Positions 19,075 to 26,547 of a DNA stretch of 32,000 nucleotides are shown piece by piece. This DNA is from Vibrio vulnificus CMCP6. Lineage in GTDB: Bacteria; Pseudomonadota; Gammaproteobacteria; Enterobacterales; Vibrionaceae. The stretch is from the NCBI RefSeq assembly GCF_000039765.1, contig NC_004459.3:1500001-1532000 (forward strand). Reading direction: 5' to 3'. The position numbers and the translations under genes are program-made. Position 1 is the stretch's first letter, and the number at the start of each line of letters is the position of its first letter. The notes beneath the pieces were generated by a model that saw only the letters and a list, made by a program, of their open reading frames with translations, had not been told where the DNA came from and did not search any database.

Positions 19075-19107
19075 AAAGGGCAGGATAACCTGCCCTTTGC
19101 TGTTTTT
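19075..19107. terminator. Bidirectional Rho-independent terminator between yggE and serA
   Basis: Stem aaagggcagg (19075-19084) pairs with cctgcccttt (19089-19098) around loop ataa. The T-rich tail is gctgttttt. Confidence 0.8.
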
Positions 19108-19108
19108 A

Positions 19109-20338
19109 TTAGTGAAGGATTCGAGCTCGAATTGTGCCTTCGATCTCTTTAAGTTTGACCAGTGCTTCTTCAGAGCGCTCGGTTTCTACGTCAATCACCA
19201 CATAACCAATATCGGCTGAGGTCTGCAGGTATTGACCGGCGATGTTGATGCCTTCTTCAGCAAAAATGGTGTTGATTTGCGTCAGAATGCCCGGACGGTT
19301 TTGGTGAATGTGGAGTAAGCGTGAACAGCTACGATGCTCTGGCAGTGACACTTCTGGGAAGTTAACACTGGATAGCGTTGAGCCATTGTCTGAGTATTTC
19401 GCCAGTTTGCCAGCCACTTCAACACCAATGTTCTCTTGTGCTTCTTGAGTTGAGCCGCCAACGTGTGGAGTAAGAATCACATTGTCAAATTTTTGCAGTG
19501 GAGATTCGAATGGTTCAGCATTGGTGGCAGGTTCAACCGGGAAAACGTCAATCGCTGCACCAGCAATATGACCTGATTCGAGTGAATGGCATAGCGCTTC
19601 AATATCGACCACGGTGCCACGAGCTGCATTGATGAAGATAGAACCAGGCTTCATACGAGCAAACTCTTCTGCACCCATCATATTTTTGGTTTCTGGCGTT
19701 TCTGGTACGTGTAGAGAAATCACGTCACACTTGTTGAGCAGTTCGCTCATGGTTGGGATTTGAGTCGCATTACCTAGCGAGAGCTTGTTCTCGATATCGT
19801 AGAAATAAACACGCATGCCTAGGTTTTCAGCAATAATACCAAGCTGAGTACCGATATGACCGTAACCAATAATGCCTAGACGTTTCCCACGAGCTTCGTA
19901 AGAGTTGTCGGCACTTTTTTTCCAAATTCCGCGATGAGCCAAAGCGTTCTTTTCTGGAATACCACGTAGAAGCAGCAGGATTTGGCCAAGAACCAGCTCC
20001 GCTACACTGCGAGTGTTTGAGAAAGGCGCGTTAAACACAGGAATACCACGTTTGGATGCTGCATTTAGATCCACTTGGTTGGTACCAATGCAGAAACAAC
20101 CGATCGCTACCAGTTTTTGTGCCGCATTGATCACTTCTTCAGTTAAGTTGGTACGAGAACGAATGCCAATGAAGTGCGCGTCTTTAACCGCTTCAAGAAG
20201 AGCATCGTCAGAAAGTGAGCCTTTGTGGTATTCGATATTGGTGTAACCCGCAGCTTGCAGCACTTCTACCGAAGAAGGGTGGAGGCCTTCAAGAAGTAAG
20301 ATTTTTATTTTCTCTTTTTCCAGTGAAACTTTGGCCAT
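19109..20338 (-). CDS. serA: D-3-phosphoglycerate dehydrogenase
   Basis: 409 aa with a 2-hydroxyacid dehydrogenase NAD-binding motif (GIIGYGHIGTQ) and a C-terminal ACT domain. It is colinear with E. coli SerA. Confidence 0.96.
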   Translation of the reverse strand: MAKVSLEKEKIKILLLEGLHPSSVEVLQAAGYTNIEYHKGSLSDDALLEAVKDAHFIGIRSRTNLTEEVINAAQKLVAIGCFCIGTNQVDLNAASKRGIPVFNAPFSNTRSVAELVLGQILLLLRGIPEKNALAHRGIWKKSADNSYEARGKRLGIIGYGHIGTQLGIIAENLGMRVYFYDIENKLSLGNATQIPTMSELLNKCDVISLHVPETPETKNMMGAEEFARMKPGSIFINAARGTVVDIEALCHSLESGHIAGAAIDVFPVEPATNAEPFESPLQKFDNVILTPHVGGSTQEAQENIGVEVAGKLAKYSDNGSTLSSVNFPEVSLPEHRSCSRLLHIHQNRPGILTQINTIFAEEGINIAGQYLQTSADIGYVVIDVETERSEEALVKLKEIEGTIRARILH

Positions 20339-20533
20339 TGTTTTCGTCCTTAAAATGGAAAGGTGGGCTAATTTGGCGCACGTTAAACAAAATCGTTAAG
20401 AGCAGTGAAATTAACAGTTTTGGCGGAGGACAAACGTTTCCTTGTGCGTCTTCTGCTCAATAAAGTAACAAAAAATTTTTGTTTTGGGTAAGAAAATTAC
20501 GGAATAAGAGATAATTTTCTTCAAGAAAGTCAT

Positions 20534-20558
20534 AAAAAACGGCGCCCTTGGGCGCCGT
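20534..20558 (-). terminator. Rho-independent terminator of rpiA
   Basis: Stem acggcgcc (20539-20546) pairs with ggcgccgt (20551-20558) around loop cttg. The A6 at 20534-20539 is a U-tract on the minus strand. Confidence 0.75.
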
Positions 20559-20597
20559 CTGTAATCAAATAACGGAAAATAGCGCAAAACCAGCTAT

Positions 20598-21254
20598 TTA
20601 TTCCTCAATTTTGGCGCCTTCTGGAGTGCCGGTAATGACCACGTCAGCACCGCGATGAGCAAATAGGCCGACAGTGACGACACCTGGGATGCCGTTGATC
20701 TGATCTTCCAGCTGTTTTGGATTGGTGATCTTCATACCGTAAACATCAAGGATGACGTTACCGTTGTCAGTAATCACCCCTTCGCGGTAACAAGGATCAC
20801 CACCCAGTTTAACCAATTGACGCGCAACGTATGAGCGAGCCATTGGGATGACTTCAACAGGAAGAGGGAAAGTCCCAAGAACATCGACAGCCTTTGTGCC
20901 ATCAACGATACAGATAAACTTGTCCGCAATCGCCGCAACGATCTTCTCGCGAGTGAGCGCCGCGCCACCGCCTTTGATCATTTCACGATCGGCGTTGATT
21001 TCGTCCGCGCCATCAACATAAATGTCTAAAGATGCGACTTCATTGCAGTCGAAAATTTTAATACCTAGCGCTTCAAGTTTCTCTGTTGATGCAACAGAGC
21101 TGGATACCGCACCTTTGATCTCTTCACTCATGGTTCCAAGAGCATCGATGAAGTGATTAACCGTTGAGCCTGTTCCTACGCCAACAATGCTGCCTTTTTC
21201 CACATATTTGAGCGCTGCCCAACCAGCGGCTTTTTTCATTTCATCTTGAGTCAT
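20598..21254 (-). CDS. rpiA: Ribose-5-phosphate isomerase A
   Basis: Colinear with E. coli RpiA ([18 protein letters not shown]..., GVGTGST, DGADE). The ATG at 21254 lies 6 nt after AGGAG. The ATG at 21260 directly abuts the SD and is less likely. Confidence 0.95.
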   Translation of the reverse strand: MTQDEMKKAAGWAALKYVEKGSIVGVGTGSTVNHFIDALGTMSEEIKGAVSSSVASTEKLEALGIKIFDCNEVASLDIYVDGADEINADREMIKGGGAALTREKIVAAIADKFICIVDGTKAVDVLGTFPLPVEVIPMARSYVARQLVKLGGDPCYREGVITDNGNVILDVYGMKITNPKQLEDQINGIPGVVTVGLFAHRGADVVITGTPEGAKIEE

Positions 21255-21306
21255 GCTCATCTCCTGAATTGATGAAGGATAGTTCGTGCCGCGCGATTAT
21301 AACGAG

Positions 21307-21906
21307 TTAAACGTCGTTTTCCCATTGCCAGATTTGGCTTGGGGTCACGATCTTAGGCAAAGGAATATCCCAAACTTCGCAAGGTAGCTGCTCAACATGC
21401 TGGCAATCATGGGCGATACCGATAGGCTTGGCACCTAAGCCAGTGCGAAACCAACGCTCTAAGGTGCGGTCATAGTAGCCGCCTCCCATACCGAGCCTTT
21501 GCCCTGTACTGTCAAAGGCGACCAGTGGCGTACAAATTAAATCAAGCTCTGCGAGTGGGATGATATGACGTTTATCAAGCTTGGGCTCAAGGATACCGTA
21601 GCGGTTGTAGATCAAATCGGTGTGGCGATGGTAGTGCAGAAAAAGAAGCTGCCCTTTGGAAAAAGGATGGATGACCGGGAGATACACTTGCTTACCCAGT
21701 TCCCAAAGCCATTCAATCAACGGTTTGGTATCGAGCTCTCCGTCAGCAGAAAGATAGAGGGCGATGTGTTGCGCGTCAGTGAGTTCATCGAGCTGGGCAA
21801 AGTGGGCTGTCAAATCCAGCGCAGCTTGATATTGAGTATCACTGCATAATTGATTGCGTCTTTGGCGGATAAGTGTACGGATGTCTTGCCGGGAAAGATT
21901 TTGCAT
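21307..21906 (-). CDS. ygfA: 5-formyltetrahydrofolate cyclo-ligase
   Basis: 199 aa with family motifs (GMGGGYYDR). It sits immediately downstream of 6S RNA as in the E. coli ssrS-ygfA operon. Confidence 0.88.
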   Translation of the reverse strand: MQNLSRQDIRTLIRQRRNQLCSDTQYQAALDLTAHFAQLDELTDAQHIALYLSADGELDTKPLIEWLWELGKQVYLPVIHPFSKGQLLFLHYHRHTDLIYNRYGILEPKLDKRHIIPLAELDLICTPLVAFDSTGQRLGMGGGYYDRTLERWFRTGLGAKPIGIAHDCQHVEQLPCEVWDIPLPKIVTPSQIWQWENDV

Positions 21907-21908
21907 AG

Positions 21909-22096
21909 AGGATACCCCAGAGTGCCGTCGCGGATTGTGGCCCTTGAACCAGCTGGTTCAAGGCGGATCGGCAATGATTACCGTAGGCTTCTCGGTACGG
22001 GCCAAGCTTGCTCAATAGCGATCAAGTACCAACCCTTTGGTGTTGCTTATCGGCTCAGGGACTTTAATCCGGCTGACAAACACTCCAGGGTAAAAT
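21909..22096 (-). ncRNA. ssrS: 6S RNA (SsrS)
   Basis: The minus-strand sequence aligns block by block with E. coli 6S RNA as I remember it. Shared blocks are AGUCCCUGAGCCGAUA, CCGAGAAGCCU and CCUUGAACCAnnnGGUUCAAGGG. The 5' end (ACCCUGGAGUG) is complementary to the 3' end (CACUCUGGGGU). Its location between zapA and ygfA matches E. coli. The ends are approximate, within about 3 nt. Confidence 0.9.
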
Positions 22097-22100
22097 GCTG

Positions 22101-22412
22101 TTATTGCGCCGATCCTTGCGTGACTTTCATTAGCGCTTTATCAAGCGAATCGGTGAGCTGTTCCATTCGCTCTACCATCAGTTGTTGCTGTTCATTGCTC
22201 GCACTGCTCTTGCTGTTGAGCTCGTAACAGATGTTCAGTGCCGCGAAAGTCAGTAACTGGATCTCATTAGTTACCTTAGTACGTTCGCTCATCTCTTTCA
22301 AACGGGCATCGAGATCTTGAGCAGCTGCGACCAACGCCTCTTCCTGCCCTGGAGGACAGTTAACACGGGTGATTTTGCCAAGAATTTCAACGTCTACCGC
22401 TTGGTTGCTCAT
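22101..22412 (-). CDS. zapA: Cell division protein ZapA
   Basis: 103 aa. The N-terminus VDVEILGKITRVNCPPGQEEAL and a coiled-coil C-terminus are typical of ZapA. Synteny with ssrS supports the call. Confidence 0.92.
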   Translation of the reverse strand: MSNQAVDVEILGKITRVNCPPGQEEALVAAAQDLDARLKEMSERTKVTNEIQLLTFAALNICYELNSKSSASNEQQQLMVERMEQLTDSLDKALMKVTQGSAQ

Positions 22413-22658
22413 GATGGATTAACTCTATAACGCGCGAACTGAGATGCTGTACTCAACAACGACTGAGGAACAAACTATAGGTAAAGCGCTATCAAGATTC
22501 AAGCATTTCACAACGTCTTGAGATAAATGTGACAACAAGAAGTCAGTTATTGGACAATTTGCTCATTTGCTATGCAGAAAACGCGTTTATCATCGTTTTC
22601 GCTCAAGGCGCTAAATGGTAGGATTACTCCCCACAGATGATCACTATGAAGAAAGACA

Positions 22659-23234
22659 ATGAGTAAAAATCAACTTCCAAGCTACCAAGTCGTTGCTGAT
22701 GAAATGAAAATGGCCACTCTGGCGGTAACTCCAGCGGAACTGCATGGATTACTTGCAGGCCTGATCAGTGGTGGTTTGTCACAGCAAGATCAAAGTTGGC
22801 AGCCAATGTTGTTTGATTATACCAATGATGGCATGGGTTGGCCGAGTGCGGCGTTGGAACAGGCGCAAGCGTTGTTTAACGTGACTTCAGCTCAGTTAAC
22901 CAGTGATGAAATGGTGTTAAACCTGTTGTTGCCAAACGCAGAAGGTGAAGAAGCCATTTTTGCGTTGGCGGATGCCCTTTCTGATTGGGTTAATCATTAT
23001 ATTTCTGGTTTGGGCTTAGCGGGAGCAGCGTTCAACAAGGCGTCAGAAGAGGCGAAAGAAGCACTGGCGGATCTCGAAGAGATGGCTCGTCTCGGTGTTG
23101 ATGAAGACGACGATTTGCAAGAGCAAGCAGAGTTGCTGGAACAAGTTATTGAACATGTTAAAGCGTGTACGTTGCTGATTCATGCAGAGTTTGGCGCCAA
23201 AACGTCTTCCTCTGAAACCCCGACCATTCATTAA
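22659..23234 (+). CDS. ygfB: UPF0149 protein YgfB
   Basis: 191 aa with an acidic C-terminal half. It is similar to E. coli YgfB and divergent from zapA as in E. coli. Confidence 0.85.
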   Translation: MSKNQLPSYQVVADEMKMATLAVTPAELHGLLAGLISGGLSQQDQSWQPMLFDYTNDGMGWPSAALEQAQALFNVTSAQLTSDEMVLNLLLPNAEGEEAIFALADALSDWVNHYISGLGLAGAAFNKASEEAKEALADLEEMARLGVDEDDDLQEQAELLEQVIEHVKACTLLIHAEFGAKTSSSETPTIH

Positions 23235-23248
23235 TCTTAGGGGCGGAA

Positions 23249-24424
23249 ATGACGCAATATGATGTTGTAATTGCTGGCGGAGCAATGGCTGGGGCGACGC
23301 TCGCTTTGGCACTTTCGCACCTGACGGATAATAAATTGAACGTCGCGGTTGTCGAACCTTATCAGGTGGATACCAGTCACCCGGGGTTCGATTCTCGCTC
23401 AATAGCACTCTCATATGGCACCGTTGATATTTTGCGTCGTTTCCAACTCTGGTCATCGATAGCGCCTTGTGCCACGCCGATTACGGATATTCACGTTTCT
23501 GATCGCTCTCATCTGGCAATGACCGATATTTCCGCGCAACAAGTTGGCGTTGACGCACTGGGTTATGTGGTGGAGTTGGCGGATGTTGGGCGTATCTATC
23601 AGTCGTTATTGCAGCGTTGTGAGTCCATTTCCCTCTACACCCCTGCCGCAGTGGAACGCGTGGAGCGATTCACGGATAGCGTTGCGGTGCATTTGAATAA
23701 TGGAGAAACGCTGCAGGCAAAACTGCTGGTGGCCGCTGATGGGGCAGTCTCCAATTGTTGCCAGCAACTGGGCATGCCCCTTGCGCAGCATGATTTTGAA
23801 CAAACCGCTGTCATTGCTAATGTTGTGACAGAACAGGCGCATCGTGGGCGTGCGTTTGAACGCTTTACTGAGCATGGTCCAGTCGCGTTACTGCCGATGT
23901 CTGACAATCGCATGTCTTTGGTGTGGTGCCTGCCTCCGGATTTAGCTGAGCAGGTGATGTTGTTATCTGAAGAGCAATTTTTGGCACGTTTGCAGCAAGA
24001 GTTTGGTTGGCGGTTAGGTCAAATGCAAAAAGTGGGCATGAGGGCGAGTTATCCGCTGATATTACGTCATCGAGAACAGAACATCTCTCATCGCTTTGCT
24101 GTGGTAGGTAACGCGGCGCAAACCTTACATCCGATTGCAGGACAAGGGTTTAATCTTGGTATTCGCGATGTGGCCTCATTGGCAGAAGAGATCACCAAAC
24201 AGCTTGATGATGTTGGGGCGTATTCTTCTCTTATGCGCTTTAAGCAGCGCCGTTGTGGTGACCGACAAAACACCATTTGGATGACGACCAGTTTGGTACA
24301 CCTTTTCTCTAATGATTACCTTGCACTCAGAGTGGCTCGCAACCTCGGGCTAGTGATGATGGATAATCTTTCTGGGCTGAAACAGCCACTATTACGCCAG
24401 ACATTAGGTCTGGTGAGCCGATAG
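23249..24424 (+). CDS. ubiH: 2-octaprenyl-6-methoxyphenol hydroxylase (FAD monooxygenase UbiH)
   Basis: It has an N-terminal FAD fold (DVVIAGGAMAG) and the GDAAH-type motif (VVGNAAQTLHPIAGQGFNLG). It lies upstream of ubiI as in E. coli. Confidence 0.85.
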   Translation: MTQYDVVIAGGAMAGATLALALSHLTDNKLNVAVVEPYQVDTSHPGFDSRSIALSYGTVDILRRFQLWSSIAPCATPITDIHVSDRSHLAMTDISAQQVGVDALGYVVELADVGRIYQSLLQRCESISLYTPAAVERVERFTDSVAVHLNNGETLQAKLLVAADGAVSNCCQQLGMPLAQHDFEQTAVIANVVTEQAHRGRAFERFTEHGPVALLPMSDNRMSLVWCLPPDLAEQVMLLSEEQFLARLQQEFGWRLGQMQKVGMRASYPLILRHREQNISHRFAVVGNAAQTLHPIAGQGFNLGIRDVASLAEEITKQLDDVGAYSSLMRFKQRRCGDRQNTIWMTTSLVHLFSNDYLALRVARNLGLVMMDNLSGLKQPLLRQTLGLVSR

Positions 24425-24437
24425 CGAGTAAAACAAA

Positions 24438-25670
24438 ATGATACAAAGTGTGGATGTGGCGATCGTTGGCGGTGGCATGGTGGGACTGGCGCTGGCCGCG
24501 GCATTTAAAGACAGTGATTTGCGTGTAGCAGTGATTGAAGGGCAGGCTCCAAATCTGCAAATGAATGAACTGCCGGATGTGAGAGTTTCCGCGCTCAGTC
24601 GTTCCAGCGAACATATCTTAAAAAATCTGGGTGCTTGGCAATCCATTGTGGAAAAACGAGCCTCTCCTTATGTGGCGATGGAAGTGTGGGATCAAGACAG
24701 TTTTGGCCACATTGACTTTAGTGCGGATGCGATGGCACAGCCGGATCTTGGCCATATTGTTGAAAATCGCGTCATTCAACTGGCACTTTTGGAGCAGGTT
24801 AACAAGCTGGATAATGTGATGGTGCTGATGCCTTGTCAGTGTCAATCGATGAGTGTAGGAGAGAGCGAAGTGTGGTTGTCGCTCGACAATGGTCAGGCGC
24901 TCACGGCCAAATTGGTGGTTGGTGCTGATGGCGCCAATTCTTGGGTTCGACGTCAGCAGGATATCCCGCTAACTCATTGGGATTATGGCCATTCTGCGAT
25001 CGTAGCCAATGTTCGCACCGTCGAGCCACATGGCTCAGTTGCACGTCAAATTTTTACTCCTCAAGGACCTTTGGCCTTCCTGCCAATGTCTGAAGAGAAC
25101 ATGACCTCGATTGTGTGGTCGACTGAATCACTGCGCGCAACGAGTTTGATGGCGATGTCAGACCGTGAGTTCAATAAGGCGCTGAGTGCCGAATTTGATA
25201 TGCGTTTGGGACTGTGCGAAGTGGTTGGGGAGCGTTTTAGCGTGCCACTGAAAATGCGTTTTGCTCGAGATTTTGTCAAAGAGCGTGTCGCCCTGATTGG
25301 TGACGCTGCACACACAATCCATCCGTTGGCGGGGCAAGGTGTGAACTTGGGCTTGCTCGACGCTGCCAGTCTGGCGCAAGAGATCCTCGCGCTTTGGCAA
25401 CGTGGTGAAGACATTGGTACCAAGCGCAACCTGCGTCGTTTTGAACGTTGGCGTAAAGCGGAAGCGGCGCAAATGATTGCCGCGATGCAAGGTTTTCGAG
25501 AGTTGTTTGCCGGCTCTAATCCGTTGAAAAAGTTCTTACGTGGCGTTGGTTTGACAATGGCAGGACACCTTCCGGGTGCTAAAGAGCAAATCATGAGACG
25601 TGCGTTGGGATTGGATGGCGAACTTCCTGAGTTGGCGAAACGTCGTCAACCAGAGCTGATTCGCTCATAG
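24438..25670 (+). CDS. ubiI: 2-octaprenylphenol hydroxylase UbiI (VisC)
   Basis: MIQSVDVAIVGGGMVGLALA, GADGANSW and LIGDAAHTIHPLAGQGVNLG are colinear with E. coli UbiI/VisC. Confidence 0.8.
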   Translation: MIQSVDVAIVGGGMVGLALAAAFKDSDLRVAVIEGQAPNLQMNELPDVRVSALSRSSEHILKNLGAWQSIVEKRASPYVAMEVWDQDSFGHIDFSADAMAQPDLGHIVENRVIQLALLEQVNKLDNVMVLMPCQCQSMSVGESEVWLSLDNGQALTAKLVVGADGANSWVRRQQDIPLTHWDYGHSAIVANVRTVEPHGSVARQIFTPQGPLAFLPMSEENMTSIVWSTESLRATSLMAMSDREFNKALSAEFDMRLGLCEVVGERFSVPLKMRFARDFVKERVALIGDAAHTIHPLAGQGVNLGLLDAASLAQEILALWQRGEDIGTKRNLRRFERWRKAEAAQMIAAMQGFRELFAGSNPLKKFLRGVGLTMAGHLPGAKEQIMRRALGLDGELPELAKRRQPELIRS

Positions 25671-25676
25671 TGAGAA

Positions 25677-25714
25677 TAAAAAGAAAGGGCTGAAAATCAG
25701 CCCTTTCTTTTTTT
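25677..25714. terminator. Bidirectional Rho-independent terminator between ubiI and the ytfK-like gene
   Basis: A long stem aagaaagggctga pairs with tcagccctttctt around a 3-nt loop. It is flanked by an A-run and T8. Confidence 0.85.
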
Positions 25715-25752
25715 TGAATTCAGTGGGTTATCTTGTTTTATCGACAAGACAA

Positions 25753-25959
25753 TTAAGCGTAGGCACAGCGCAGCTTCATGATCTCCTGATTGACTTCTTT
25801 CACGGTTTGAAAATGCTTTTGCTCAGCTTTTGCTGGCAGGATCAATTTACCATTATCAAACTCAAATTTTCCTACGCCGTAAATGTAAATTCTTCCCTTA
25901 AATAGTCGACTCACGTGTTTAGCAATCATACCTGGTGTATAGCGCTTAAACAGTCTCAT
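25753..25959 (-). CDS. ytfK: DUF1107 small protein, YtfK-like
   Basis: 68 aa, the same length as E. coli YtfK. It shares the pattern F.RY.P...AK.V..LF.GR.YI..VG.FEFD.GK.L.P...EVN...M.L with YtfK as I remember it. AGGAAAG lies 6 nt upstream of the ATG. Confidence 0.75.
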   Translation of the reverse strand: MRLFKRYTPGMIAKHVSRLFKGRIYIYGVGKFEFDNGKLILPAKAEQKHFQTVKEVNQEIMKLRCAYA

Positions 25960-26310
25960 ACTTACTTTCCTTTTTTCTCAATCAGCTCCGCTAGTCTAAC
26001 AGTTACTGTGACTTAAATGTGTGACATCTCTGGATTAAAATAGAGCTAAGTCTTTCGTGTTTAGATAATTGTGCTGAGCTAGACAAATTTCCCCATAATT
26101 GCCCTCAATTTAGTGAGGTTAAGCTCAAAATGGTCATGCAAACGGAACCTTAATGTTATCTGTCTCTTTTCGAATCATGGTCACTCATGTTTTACGTGAC
26201 GCATTAAGCAATAGTTTTGTTACAAGAATAAGAATAGTTGGTAATTATTTGTTACGCACTATGAGGTGGCTATTTATGGGGAAAAGATTCACTCGAATAG
26301 GTTGGAGCCT

Positions 26311-26334
26311 AAAAAAAAGCCCGCAACAGCGGGC
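26311..26334 (-). terminator. Strong Rho-independent terminator with no adjacent CDS (orphan)
   Basis: On the minus strand the sequence is GCCCGC-tgtt-GCGGGC followed by T8. The nearest same-strand stop codon (YbaK-like gene, 26548) is 213 nt upstream. Confidence 0.7.
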
Positions 26335-26547
26335 GAATAGTCACAGATGCATTACACAAAAGTGGATTTCCTGACTAAGGTCAGTGGATTCACTTGGGTC
26401 AACTGAACGCTCATTGAGCGGTCAATCAACAAATTCAGGTTATCCTAAAATAATCGCCGTGACTATTTATGTTTTTAATGTGACTAAAAATTCTGTTGGG
26501 ATTTTTCTGTTGATTTGAAGTTGATCACAAATTGTGGGCGCAATCGA

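Noticed and set aside
20428-20443. A third AAACGTTT-containing site upstream of serA, considered as part of the shared palindrome set.
   Set aside because: Only the central 8 bp match, and the flanks are not symmetric (4/8 half-site agreement). It is mentioned under the tkt site but not called as a feature.
23235-23248. pepP is absent between ygfB and ubiH, where E. coli has ygfB-pepP-ubiH-ubiI.
   Set aside because: This is a simple synteny difference with a clean 14-nt junction and no scar, repeat or remnant. It is not evidence of a novel element.
23043-23456. A 137-aa minus-strand ORF spanning the ygfB/ubiH junction.
   Set aside because: It overlaps two strongly supported plus-strand genes. 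It has no homology pattern and no RBS.
25061-25594. A 177-aa ORF antisense within ubiI (also 25158-25490 and 24327-24646).
   Set aside because: The Arg/Ser/Pro/Ala-rich composition is typical of the reverse frame of a coding region. There are no start signals. ubiI on the plus strand is strongly supported.
26153-26374. A 73-aa plus-strand ORF in the large intergenic gap.
   Set aside because: There is no SD at its start and its composition is odd. It runs through the opposite-strand terminator. Only the internal SD-preceded 32-codon part is kept, as a low-interest finding.
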